DNA from: an uncultured Candidatus Saccharibacteria bacterium
Lineage (GTDB): Bacteria > Patescibacteriota > Minisyncoccia > Phycocordibacterales > DSPV01
Reading direction: 5' to 3'
Assembly (NCBI GenBank): GCA_964617735.1
Contig: CAZTXT010000001.1
Location: forward strand, 395,589 to 459,588
DNA length: 64,000 nucleotides
Shown piece after piece: positions 37,978-47,356 of this stretch (position 1 is the first letter of the stretch; every line of letters starts with the position of its first letter). The translations under genes and the position numbers were made by a program. Under the pieces are notes generated by a model. It was not told the DNA's origin and did not search any database. It was given only the letters and a program-made list of their open reading frames with translations.

Positions 37978-38190
37978 TGCGGGATCGTCTAAGGGTGGGA
38001 ATGAAAGATGCACTGCTGCATCTTTCATCCGGTTTCTTTGAAAATTGTCGTTGTGACACACACTCCTGCGGGATCGTCTAATGGTAGGACACGGGCCTTT
38101 GGAGCCTGGTATCTTGGTTCGAATCCAAGTCCCGCAGGAGTGTGTGTGATCGACAATAGGGGTCTTTGGAGTCGAATCCAAGTCCCGGCC
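37978..38190 (+). other. Degenerate tRNA-Gln-like shell enclosing tRNA-Gln
   Basis: 5' copy 37978-38000 (21/23 identical), 3' copy 38172-38187 (16/16), inverted repeats flanking the inner tRNA. Confidence 0.75.
38067..38137 (+). tRNA. tRNA-Gln(TTG)
   Basis: TGCGGGA/TCCCGCA acceptor (U1:A72), CGGGC-CTTTGGA-GCCTG anticodon arm, CTTGG-TTCGAAT-CCAAG T-arm. Confidence 0.95.
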
Positions 38191-38225
38191 AATTTTTAGG
38201 TAAGTTCCTGCTCTTGAGAGTCTGC

Positions 38226-38744
38226 ATGATAGAATGGAACAAAATGAATAAAAGTAAGAAAAGAATGATTATCGGTGTTATGGGTCCTGGAGAAAAGCAT
38301 GCTCGAGAGGATGACATGCCTTATGCCTACGAGGTTGGCAAACTTATCGCACGAAATAATTGTACCCTTCTCTGTGGGGGTATGACGGGAGTTATGGAAA
38401 TGAGCGCAAAGGGTGTACACGAAGAAGGGGGATTGGTTGTTGGAATTAGTCCGACAGGAGATAAGAAGGATATGAACGAGTACGTTGATATACCCATCAT
38501 CACCGGAATGGGTCCGGGTAGAAATTATATGAATATTCTCTCCTCGGATGTTTTGATATTCATTGGTGTGGCTTCGCCCGGCACCCTTTCTGAATTGGCA
38601 TTTGCAATTCAGTTAGCCAAACCCACGTTTGTTCTTAAAAGCAATCCAGATCTCAAAAAGTACGTTCAGCAAGAATTGAAATCAGAACAAGTTGTTTTTG
38701 TTGATACCTTAACTGATTTGGCAGAAAAATTAAGATTATCCTAA
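38226..38744 (+). CDS. LOG/SLOG-family (TIGR00725-like) protein
   Basis: IGVMG, CGGMTGVME, GMGPGRN and GTLSELAFA motifs; AT-rich; start could be 38244. Confidence 0.8.
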   Translation: MIEWNKMNKSKKRMIIGVMGPGEKHAREDDMPYAYEVGKLIARNNCTLLCGGMTGVMEMSAKGVHEEGGLVVGISPTGDKKDMNEYVDIPIITGMGPGRNYMNILSSDVLIFIGVASPGTLSELAFAIQLAKPTFVLKSNPDLKKYVQQELKSEQVVFVDTLTDLAEKLRLS

Positions 38745-38915
38745 AAGGTTCTCTTATAATTCCCACAGCCACCTAGTTTAGTATCGATAGACCTAGACGG
38801 ATCTATTGGTGAGCGAGAACTGTTGAAATTATTCTAGCGGATTTCTTTTGTGGATAATCGAAAAGCAGAAAATCACTTTTTATAAAAATCATAATTTTGT
38901 TTTATAATATATTTT

Positions 38916-40157
38916 ATGTCATCTAACCTCCAGTCTTCTGAAATAAAATGGCGGCACATGCTGAATAAAGTCCCGGAAATTACTCTCTGGTTCTGGTTCA
39001 TTAAGGTCATGTGTACGACCGTCGGAGAAACGGCGGCGGACTATCTGAACGTCAATCTCAACTTCGGTCTCACCGGGACATCAATCGTCACTGGCGTGCT
39101 GCTTGCGATAGCTCTCATTTTCCAATTCAGGGCGAGAAAATATATTCCCGTAACCTACTGGCTTTCCGTGATGTTTATTAGCGTGTTTGGAACGCTGGTG
39201 ACTGATAATCTGACTGACAAGATTGGTGTGCCGCTTGAAACGAGCACTATTATTTTCAGTATTCTTTTAGCTGCCACCTTCTTGATTTGGTACTACTTTG
39301 AAAAAACACTCTCGATACACTCGATATTTACCAGAAGGCGCGAAGCATTTTACTGGCTCGCCATTCTCTTTACGTTCGCTCTTGGCACGGCCGCGGGAGA
39401 CCTTATGGCCGAAGGGCTCGGCCTCGGCTACGCGACGACCGGTTTTATTATCGCGGGACTTATCGCACTCCTTGCAATTGGCTGGCGGCTCAAGCTCAAT
39501 CCGGTCCTTTCATTCTGGCTCATCTACATTTTGACTCGGCCGCTCGGCGCTTCCATCGGCGATTATTTGTCACAGCCTTCTAAGTACGGTGGCCTAGGAC
39601 TTGGTGCAACAATCACAAGCTTTATCTTCGTAGGCGGTATTCTTGCTATTGTCACATACCTTTCGATCACCAAGAGAGATGTTATTGAGAAAGAAAAGAA
39701 GGTAGAGATCAAAATAGAAATCACTGAAGATCAAAGCAGGAGCGGCCTACTCCAAACCGCCATCGTGGTGACTGTGCTTGTGATCGCGGGGTTAGTTGGA
39801 TATCACATACGCCATGCTGCCCTCCAGTCGCCTACAGGAAATACGCAACCGAGTGTCACAAGCACATCCACTACCGCGCAATTATCACCACTTGGCGACC
39901 TTTCTTCGTTCAAAACAATTACCCAAGATACGCTTGATCTCCTCAGTGCCGGCAATCAATCCGGTGCCACGACTCGCATCGGAGATTTGGAATACGAATG
40001 GGACAACGCTGAAGCTAGATTGAAGCCGAAAGATCCGGCCACATGGACGACGATCGACAGTAAGATCGATACCGTCTTGCGCGAGCTTCGTGTGGTGAAT
40101 CCTAATGCGACGAGCGAGAAAACTGCACTCGAGGCATTACTGGCAGTGTTGAAATAA
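38916..40157 (+). CDS. COG4705/DUF347-repeat membrane protein with C-terminal helical domain
   Basis: KVPEITLWFWFIK..TTVGETAAD, FALGTAAGD and TRPLGASIGD repeats. Confidence 0.8.
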   Translation: MSSNLQSSEIKWRHMLNKVPEITLWFWFIKVMCTTVGETAADYLNVNLNFGLTGTSIVTGVLLAIALIFQFRARKYIPVTYWLSVMFISVFGTLVTDNLTDKIGVPLETSTIIFSILLAATFLIWYYFEKTLSIHSIFTRRREAFYWLAILFTFALGTAAGDLMAEGLGLGYATTGFIIAGLIALLAIGWRLKLNPVLSFWLIYILTRPLGASIGDYLSQPSKYGGLGLGATITSFIFVGGILAIVTYLSITKRDVIEKEKKVEIKIEITEDQSRSGLLQTAIVVTVLVIAGLVGYHIRHAALQSPTGNTQPSVTSTSTTAQLSPLGDLSSFKTITQDTLDLLSAGNQSGATTRIGDLEYEWDNAEARLKPKDPATWTTIDSKIDTVLRELRVVNPNATSEKTALEALLAVLK

Positions 40158-40319
40158 ATATAAAAAAGTGACACGCCAATATCTCGTCCTTGTGTCACTT
40201 TTGTAACTTTTTGATGCGCTCGAGTCCGTTGTTTGGAGATGGTAAAATGTAACTAATCCGTCAAATAGAGTTTGACCACCCACGGTTTCATTTCAAGATC
40301 GACAAGGCTAATATTTTAA

Positions 40320-40688
40320 ATGAAAATGAAAACCACAAAGGGAAGACATCGGATTTATTCGGTCAGTTTTGCGCATATCTATCCCTATTATGTCGCCAAG
40401 GCGGAGAAAAAAGGACGTACGAAGGTAGAGCTAGACAAGATTATTCGTTGGCTGACCGGATATACTCCGAAGCAATTCAGGTCCCAATTAAAAAAGGAAA
40501 CTGATTTTGAGACATTTTATGGAAACGCTCCCAAATTGAATCCTCTACGAAAGAGGATTACGGGCGTGGTGTGTGGTGTACGAGTAGAAGAGATCAAAGA
40601 ACCCCTTATGCGAGAAATTCGATACCTGGATAAATTAATTGATGAATTGGCAAAAGGGAAACCTATGATAGAGATCTTACGAAAGTGA
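40320..40688 (+). CDS. DUF2200 family protein
   Basis: [18 protein letters not shown] and [15 protein letters not shown] motifs. Confidence 0.85.
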   Translation: MKMKTTKGRHRIYSVSFAHIYPYYVAKAEKKGRTKVELDKIIRWLTGYTPKQFRSQLKKETDFETFYGNAPKLNPLRKRITGVVCGVRVEEIKEPLMREIRYLDKLIDELAKGKPMIEILRK

Positions 40689-40693
40689 TATCT

Positions 40694-40729
40694 TGGGTTC
40701 GGTGAAGATCGCGATCTTCACCGAACCCA
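40694..40729. repeat. 36-bp perfect palindrome
   Basis: TGGGTTCGGTGAAGATCG|CGATCTTCACCGAACCCA. Confidence 0.8.
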
Positions 40730-40746
40730 TTTGCTATACTGTCGGT

Positions 40747-41358
40747 ATGAGAAAAATCATCACTACGACATTCGTAACTTTAGATGGCGTGATGCAGGCT
40801 CCGGGAGGTCCAGAGGAAGACACGACCGGCGGGTTTGCCTATGGCGGCTGGCAACTATCGTATCCTTCGGACGAGATGATGGATTCCAAGTTGAGCGAAT
40901 TCATGAATATTCCGTTCGAGCTTCTCCTGGGCAAGACCACCTATGATATCTTTGCCGCGTACTGGCCCGGCGCGAAAACGAACCTCGAAGTGGCGAATCC
41001 ATTCAATAGGACAAAGAAATACGTCGTCTCGCATAAATCTTTTGAGCCCTCGTGGCGTAATTCTCTCTGTATCACCGGTGATGTGGTGACGCAGATCGAG
41101 AAACTTAAGCAGATGGAAACCCCTGATCTATGGGTGTGGGGTAGCGGGAACCTCATCCAGACATTGCTTAAACATCGTTTGGTAGATCGGATGCATCTGT
41201 GGATATATCCCATTACCTTAGGTTCTGGCAAGCGGCTTTTCGCAGAAGGAACTCAAGCAGAAGGCTTCAAACTTGTTGATTCCAAAATATCAAGCACCGG
41301 CGTCATTTTCGCTACCTACGAGCCGGGCGAGCTCAAATTATCGACCGTCAAGCCGTAG
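40747..41358 (+). CDS. Dihydrofolate reductase-like (RibD C-terminal) protein
   Basis: TLDGVMQAPGG, LLGKTTY, VWGSGNL and LGSGKRLF motifs. Confidence 0.85.
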   Translation: MRKIITTTFVTLDGVMQAPGGPEEDTTGGFAYGGWQLSYPSDEMMDSKLSEFMNIPFELLLGKTTYDIFAAYWPGAKTNLEVANPFNRTKKYVVSHKSFEPSWRNSLCITGDVVTQIEKLKQMETPDLWVWGSGNLIQTLLKHRLVDRMHLWIYPITLGSGKRLFAEGTQAEGFKLVDSKISSTGVIFATYEPGELKLSTVKP

Positions 41359-41459
41359 CATCAGTGAAGGGTCACCGAACCAACCCGCTTTTTACTTCGG
41401 AGCGATTCGTAGTAGACTATAGATGACTATCAGGTCGTTACTAATTTTATATAGAACCT

Positions 41460-42452
41460 ATGAATAAGAATTATTCGGTTATCGCGATCATTGGGATCGT
41501 GGTGATCGTCGGGGTGTTTTACTTTAGCAGCAGTAGGCCGTCCCTGCAGATGCCGTCGCAAAACCAGGGGAATACGTCTACCACCGGAAATACGGAAACA
41601 GGCGGCTCGGTGCCTGCGCCGGTGCAGTCCAAGAGTACTGGCCGTGTGGTCTTCTCGGTTTCTGACGAAGCAGTTGGACTCGACACGCTGCAATCGGTCC
41701 TGCTCACTATCAACGAGGTCTCTGTCCAGAGTCCGCAGAGCGGCTGGGTCAGTGTTTCAAAGACGCCGCGCACCTTCGATTTGCTTGCGCTCAAAAACAG
41801 CGGGCGCAATGAGCTTCTCTCCGACGTGAACCTCTCGGCCGGCACCTACAATCAGATCCGGTTGTCCATCGGGAAAGTAGTCGTGGTCCAGAAGAACGGA
41901 TTGAAAAACGTCGAAGCAAAGGTTCCCTCGCAGACGTTGAGATTCAATGCAAAGCTCGTTGTGGAGAAGGGCAAGGCATCGGGCGCTTCTTTTGATTTCA
42001 ACGCCGGCAAGGCACTGCACAGCACTGGCGAAGGGACACTCGTGTTCTTCCCTGTGTTCACAGTAGATACAGTGCATGGGGTTGGCAAAGTACAGATATT
42101 GGCGGGCAACGTCGAGCTGCTCAATGGCCTCCCTGATTTCGACCAGACCTTGGGCGTCGATGAAAATGGGAATCTGAAAGTAGGGTATTCTATCAACGCG
42201 GTCACGAAGATCGAGTTTATGGGGAAAGTGATCCACCTCATACCGATGGGCGAGAAACCTGAAGATATCAAGGTTAGTGCCCAGGCGGCGATCACTACGG
42301 CCATCAACGGCGGTTATATTACGAGTGCAACGTCGGTTCAAACCACGCTGCGCGAGAACAAGCGCGTTTGGCAGGTTGTGGGGGCCAAAGGAGGGACGGA
42401 TGTGACGGTGTATATTGATATCGCCACGGGTGCCGTGTTGGCGGTACAATAG
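41460..42452 (+). CDS. DUF4382-like exported protein with C-terminal PepSY-like domain
   Basis: N-terminal TM; FDLLAL, GTYNQIRL and VPSQTLR; C-terminal VYIDIATGAVL. Confidence 0.65.
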   Translation: MNKNYSVIAIIGIVVIVGVFYFSSSRPSLQMPSQNQGNTSTTGNTETGGSVPAPVQSKSTGRVVFSVSDEAVGLDTLQSVLLTINEVSVQSPQSGWVSVSKTPRTFDLLALKNSGRNELLSDVNLSAGTYNQIRLSIGKVVVVQKNGLKNVEAKVPSQTLRFNAKLVVEKGKASGASFDFNAGKALHSTGEGTLVFFPVFTVDTVHGVGKVQILAGNVELLNGLPDFDQTLGVDENGNLKVGYSINAVTKIEFMGKVIHLIPMGEKPEDIKVSAQAAITTAINGGYITSATSVQTTLRENKRVWQVVGAKGGTDVTVYIDIATGAVLAVQ

Positions 42453-42458
42453 ACTATT

Positions 42459-43358
42459 ATGAAAAAAACAATCATTGCACTTGTTGTCGTTATCATCGTG
42501 GGTGTCGGTCTTTATTTCTGGTTCAAGAGCCCCTCTACTGAAATAACGGTCAACCCGAACAACGACCAGAGCACTGGAACGTCTTTGCAATCAAGCGAGT
42601 CCACGAGCACCCAATCATTCTTGCCTACCGAGGTTATCGGCAAATCCATCGAAGGACGCGACATTACGGTCTATCACTTCGGCACCGGCCCCAAAGAGAT
42701 ACTTTTTGTCGGAGGGTTGCATGGAGGCTATGAGTGGAATACCGCTCTCGTCGCCTATCAGCTCGTCGATTATCTCACCGCAAATCCCACTGCGGTACCG
42801 AGCGGTGAGGTGGTGACGGTCATACCCGTGACGAATCCCGACGGTCTCTATAAAGTTACCAAAAAAGATGGAAGGTTCACCGCGGCAGACGTCTCATCGT
42901 CTCAATTAATGCAGATTTCGGGACGGTACAACGCGAACACCGTAGACCTTAATCGCAACTTCGATTGTGATTGGCAGACGCAAGGAAAGTGGCAGACAAA
43001 GACCGTAAGCGGCGGTAGCGCCGCATTCTCCGAACCGGAGAGCAAGGCGATCCGCGATTATGTGCTCGCGCACACTCCGGCCGCGGTAGTGGTCTACTAC
43101 AGCGCCGTTGGCGGAGTATTCTCTTCAAATTGTCATGATGGCGTCCTACCCGAGACGGCGACGCTCACCAGCCTCTATGCGAGAGCTTCCGGATATCCCG
43201 CATACCAGGAATTCAATTACTATGAAATAACCGGCGACATGGTGAACTGGCTCGCGAAAGAGAAGATCCCTGCCATAAGCGTTCTCTTGACGAATCACAC
43301 CGACACCGAGTGGACCAAGAATCTTGCGGGCATCAAGGCAATCCTCCAATCTAAATAG
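42459..43358 (+). CDS. M14 zinc carboxypeptidase-family protein
   Basis: GKSIEGR, GGLHGGYE, NPDG, DLNRNF and FSEPES motifs. Confidence 0.8.
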   Translation: MKKTIIALVVVIIVGVGLYFWFKSPSTEITVNPNNDQSTGTSLQSSESTSTQSFLPTEVIGKSIEGRDITVYHFGTGPKEILFVGGLHGGYEWNTALVAYQLVDYLTANPTAVPSGEVVTVIPVTNPDGLYKVTKKDGRFTAADVSSSQLMQISGRYNANTVDLNRNFDCDWQTQGKWQTKTVSGGSAAFSEPESKAIRDYVLAHTPAAVVVYYSAVGGVFSSNCHDGVLPETATLTSLYARASGYPAYQEFNYYEITGDMVNWLAKEKIPAISVLLTNHTDTEWTKNLAGIKAILQSK

Positions 43359-44252
43359 ATGCCCCCGTTTTCTCGAGGGCGACTGGTCGCTCTAGGACTC
43401 TTTTTGCTGGTGATCCTGGCAGGGGGCGCCTGGTTCTTTTTCCGCGCGCCCAAGCCTGCGCCCGTACCGGAAACCAAAACACGGGTCGTCGTATCTCCGG
43501 AAAGGACCATCGGCGCTTCGGTGGAAGGCCGTCCTATCAAGGCCTACACTTATGGGAGCGGGCCGACGCGGCTTCTCTTTGTCGGAGGAATGCATGGCGG
43601 GTATGAATGGAATAGCGTGCTGCTCGCGTACCGATTCATGGACTATCTGGATACTAACCCGGGCGAGATCCCTCTCAATCTCTCGATCACCGTCATTCCG
43701 GAACTCAACATCGACGGCGTCTACACCGTGACCCAGAAAGAAGGGCGATTTAACATCACCGACGTCTCGACGGATACATCGGTCGAGCGGGCAGGGAGAT
43801 TCAATGCTCACGGCGTAGACCTCAATCGCAACTTCGATTGCAAGTGGCAACCAAAAAGCACCTGGCAGAGTAAAACGGTCAGCGCCGGTAGCGCGCCATT
43901 CTCCGAACCCGAAGCTCAAGCACTCAAGAATTTTGTCCTTGCAGAGCATCCCGCCGGCGTCGTCTTTTGGCACAGCCAAGCCAACGCGGTGTATGCGTCA
44001 GAGTGCGAGCATGGGATACTCGCGGGAACTCGAGCGCTCATGGGAGCGTATGCGCATGCAGCCGGATATCCGGCAGTGGACTCGTTCGACGCGTATGCCG
44101 TAACGGGCGATTCCGAGGGATGGCTCGCTTCGATCGGTATTCCAGCGGTCACGGTGGAATTGAAGACCCATGAGACGGTAGAATGGGAGAAGAACCTCGC
44201 GGGCATCAAAGCTACCCTTGCGCTGTATTCAAATTCGCAAACGGCCTATTAG
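43359..44252 (+). CDS. M14 zinc carboxypeptidase-family protein (tandem paralog)
   Basis: GGMHGGYE, DLNRNF, FSEPE, FWHS and TVEL motifs. Confidence 0.82.
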   Translation: MPPFSRGRLVALGLFLLVILAGGAWFFFRAPKPAPVPETKTRVVVSPERTIGASVEGRPIKAYTYGSGPTRLLFVGGMHGGYEWNSVLLAYRFMDYLDTNPGEIPLNLSITVIPELNIDGVYTVTQKEGRFNITDVSTDTSVERAGRFNAHGVDLNRNFDCKWQPKSTWQSKTVSAGSAPFSEPEAQALKNFVLAEHPAGVVFWHSQANAVYASECEHGILAGTRALMGAYAHAAGYPAVDSFDAYAVTGDSEGWLASIGIPAVTVELKTHETVEWEKNLAGIKATLALYSNSQTAY

Positions 44253-44253
44253 T

Positions 44254-44541
44254 TTATAGGCGGAAATAAAAGACGGGGAAACATGCGGTAAGGCCAGCGA
44301 TGAGCTGTACCACGAGGACATAGAGCGCTTGTTTTGGTGCGCGCGGAAGCCACTTGGCTGCGAAAAAGAGAATGATGGGGAATTGTCCGGCTAAAAGGAG
44401 CTGGAACAGATGCGCCGCCGTACCCTCGTCCACTTCATGGACGATAGGGAAGGTATTCAAGAGAACAATCTCCATGGCAACAATGACCAGCGACATGGTT
44501 ATCGGAATCCACGCACTGGGTTTTTTGAGCAAGGAATTCAT
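44254..44541 (-). CDS. Small membrane protein
   Basis: DEGTAAHLFQLL motif, three TM helices; leaderless TATAAT-6-ATG. Confidence 0.65.
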   Translation of the reverse strand: MNSLLKKPSAWIPITMSLVIVAMEIVLLNTFPIVHEVDEGTAAHLFQLLLAGQFPIILFFAAKWLPRAPKQALYVLVVQLIAGLTACFPVFYFRL

Positions 44542-44617
44542 ACTAGTATTATAACGTCTGAATCATCATAAAGATGACTTTTCTGTTTAGATGAGTAGAG
44601 TGGAGGCATTGGTATCA

Positions 44618-44908
44618 ATGAAGAAATATACATTTAAAACGAAAGTATGGCCATATCCGGGCATGGACGGATGGCACTTTGCGACGGTCCCGAAAAAACA
44701 ATCCGACATCATACGGACCAAGCATAAGGGAATGACGAAGGGATGGGGTTCTATTCCGGTTACGGCAACTATCGGCAAGACGAGCTGGAAGAGTTCGATC
44801 TTTCCGGAACGCAAGTCGGGTACCTACCTTCTCCCCTTAAAAGCGAAAGTGAGAAAGGCAGAAGGGATATTCGATGGCGACACGATAACACTCTCGCTCT
44901 CAATCTGA
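44618..44908 (+). CDS. DUF1905 domain protein
   Basis: GWHFATVP, GWGSIPVTATIG.TSW..SIFP and LLPLKAKVR motifs. Confidence 0.8.
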   Translation: MKKYTFKTKVWPYPGMDGWHFATVPKKQSDIIRTKHKGMTKGWGSIPVTATIGKTSWKSSIFPERKSGTYLLPLKAKVRKAEGIFDGDTITLSLSI

Positions 44909-45495
44909 TGTCTCCCGCAAGGATAGTGGTCTATAACAGGGAGGATTTCCGCAAATGGCTTGCGAAAAATCACGACAAAGTAACGAAAGTCGCGGTGGTG
45001 ATGCATAAGCGCCATACGGGAAAACCGGCACCGACCCATCACGAGCTCATCGAAGAAGCGATCTGCTTCGGCTGGATAGACACGACCATCAAGCGCCTCG
45101 ACGAGCATACGTTCATGCGCAATTTTTCAAGACGCAATGAGAACAGCAAATGGAGCGACAACACGCTCTCCTATGCGCGCTCGCTCATCCGGCGGGGACT
45201 GATGACCCAGTGGGGCATGCATTTTTACCGGCAAGGCAAAGCGAAACCCACCCATGACCACGGTATCTCGAAGAACCCGAATATGCCCAAGGAGCTTAAG
45301 GCCGAGCTCTTGAGGGACAAGATCGCTTTCAAGAACTTCAAGAAATTGCCGCCATCTACAACACGGATGCTGTATCGTTGGATACTGCGTGGCGTTGCGC
45401 TAGAGACACGCATGAAGCGTATCAAACAGATAGTCGCACAGAATCGTGCTGATAAACGCAATTTCATCGGTGCAGCCGGAGCGGATAAGCAATAG
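44908..45495 (+). CDS. YdeI/OmpD-associated family protein
   Basis: FRKWLAKNH, EEAICFGWID, SKWS and ETRMKRI motifs. Confidence 0.8.
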   Translation: MSPARIVVYNREDFRKWLAKNHDKVTKVAVVMHKRHTGKPAPTHHELIEEAICFGWIDTTIKRLDEHTFMRNFSRRNENSKWSDNTLSYARSLIRRGLMTQWGMHFYRQGKAKPTHDHGISKNPNMPKELKAELLRDKIAFKNFKKLPPSTTRMLYRWILRGVALETRMKRIKQIVAQNRADKRNFIGAAGADKQ

Positions 45496-45517
45496 TTTTT
45501 TGTGATAGACTAGCGAA

Positions 45518-45880
45518 ATGAGGCTTATCGTTGATGTACGGGTCAAGGATTTGGAGAGAGCGGCGAGATTTTATACGGAAATGCTTGGTTTAGTTTGTCG
45601 CAGAAAAGAAAAAGATTGGGCGGCAATAACTGTAGGCAATGCCGAGATCCATCTGTATCTTGATGGCGGAATCTCGGGTGATGTAGAATTCTATGTTGAG
45701 GATATAGATTTGGAAGTAGAAAAATTGAAAAAGCGAGGCGTTGTTTTCATTTCGGGAGCAAAGAAGCCGAGAGCCCTTGGCGTGGACAAAAAACATATAA
45801 CGTTGTTTCCTTGGGGAAGAACAGCTTTTTTCAAGGATTCTGAGGGGAATGAATTGGCGTTGGTTAGGGATAATAAATAA
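45518..45880 (+). CDS. VOC/glyoxalase family protein
   Basis: VKDLERAARFY..LG, PWGR.AFFKDSEGN motifs. Confidence 0.8.
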   Translation: MRLIVDVRVKDLERAARFYTEMLGLVCRRKEKDWAAITVGNAEIHLYLDGGISGDVEFYVEDIDLEVEKLKKRGVVFISGAKKPRALGVDKKHITLFPWGRTAFFKDSEGNELALVRDNK

Positions 45881-45984
45881 AATGCTCGATACCAACTCAA
45901 ATCGATAGGGAGCGAGAGGTTGGTATGTCAAACAATAAAAAAGCCGCGTACTTTAGTACGCGGCTTTTGAACTCAAACCTCGTC

Positions 45985-46566
45985 TTATGGAGTGCGAGGT
46001 TGTACGTCCGGCACTGACACTCCGCGAGCCTGCGCGAAGCGCACGGGCGAGCGGAGTAGAAGCGTGCCGAAGAGAAGATCGGCGAGCGGAAGCACCACAT
46101 TGAAGTTGCGGTGCATATACCGATGGTGCAAGAGATGGTGCCCGTTGAGGCGGAAAAAGAGCCGGTTGCGCTCTATCAAGCGCCGCCGCGGGAGCGGTAG
46201 GTGCATGCACCAATGCAGGTATTCATACGCTCCGTAGTAGAGCGAGAAAATTACGGTAGAGGTGATGAACGTCCACCAGGCTCCAGCTGTGATGCTGATA
46301 ACGAGGAAAGGAAAGGCACCGACTGTGATCAGGACAGGTCCATTCCACCACGCCATGGGTATAGTTTGTTTGTCCTCGTCTCGCGCGAGGTGATACGTAG
46401 GATCCGCTTTGAAAATGCGGTGATGGGTGAGCGCATGTGTTCTAAAGGGATAATCGAAGCCGGGGAACGGCTTGTGCATAAACCAACGGTGTAGTCCCCA
46501 CTCGAAGAGCGAGGCATAAAGTGTGCACTCAAGCACGAAGGTAATAACTGAAGTAATGGTAATCAT
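45985..46566 (-). CDS. Fatty acid hydroxylase/sterol desaturase-family membrane enzyme
   Basis: His boxes HRWFMH, HALTHH, HWCMH and HHLLHH. Confidence 0.8.
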   Translation of the reverse strand: MITITSVITFVLECTLYASLFEWGLHRWFMHKPFPGFDYPFRTHALTHHRIFKADPTYHLARDEDKQTIPMAWWNGPVLITVGAFPFLVISITAGAWWTFITSTVIFSLYYGAYEYLHWCMHLPLPRRRLIERNRLFFRLNGHHLLHHRYMHRNFNVVLPLADLLFGTLLLRSPVRFAQARGVSVPDVQPRTP

Positions 46567-46740
46567 AATCGGTTCGCTCCATTTTATGAAGAACGTTCTC
46601 CTACCAGTGTAGCACCAACGTAAAGGTTCATTCACTAGTGGATAGTGCAAAAACTACTCATATAGGCTTCCTCCTTTGGGGTGGATATGGACTCTTGCAA
46701 ACGCCGAGCCTTCTTTATACTGTTATTGCGGAGGTATACT

Positions 46741-47250
46741 ATGCGAAATGATTGGACCGTTCCTTGTCTTTCAAAATCGGAGTTTCTCAAAAAGATCAGG
46801 CACTCATTTGGCTTGATCGAAGTGTTTCCCTCAAATAGTCACGGATACAAAGTCCGTAAGACCCATGATGGACGCGCTCTTGCTTTTAGCGCGTGGAGTC
46901 TCCTTGAGATTCGTGATTCTATCGTAAGCGACGATTGCGAGTGTCGAAGCTCCGGCGATGCGGCGCTCGTTATGATCATAAAAGCGATTGCGACGCAGTT
47001 TCATTCCGTTTTGCTTTTAAACCACGACGAGATCATCTCTTGGTCTAACGATCAAGAGCTCCGTTTTGTCCTTACCGCCATAGAGCGATGGAGCGACTCG
47101 TGCCTTAACGGCTCACCACTCGAATTATCACCCTGTTACAAGGAGTATAGTCACCGATTGCGTCTCCGTGAGTCTACCTTCGTGATCACCGGAGCGCTCT
47201 TTGGTGCCCTGCCCGCGCACAGTTTCGAGTACGCACTCCTATGCAATTAA
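46741..47250 (+). CDS. Hypothetical protein
   Basis: GGAGG SD, TTGCAA/TATACT promoter, terminator at about 47267-47290. Confidence 0.55.
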   Translation: MRNDWTVPCLSKSEFLKKIRHSFGLIEVFPSNSHGYKVRKTHDGRALAFSAWSLLEIRDSIVSDDCECRSSGDAALVMIIKAIATQFHSVLLLNHDEIISWSNDQELRFVLTAIERWSDSCLNGSPLELSPCYKEYSHRLRLRESTFVITGALFGALPAHSFEYALLCN

Positions 47251-47356
47251 TAAGAAACTCCCTCTCAACCGCGCTCTAAGCGCGGTTTTTTGTCGCTTCA
47301 TCTTTCATACACCATGTGTGCTATACTGTTGATTCATTATTAGTTAACGACTTACC

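Noticed and set aside
40234-40315. Fluoride riboswitch suggested by GGAGATGG
   Set aside because: The complementary stem and the GCTRATGAC-type 3' motif are missing.
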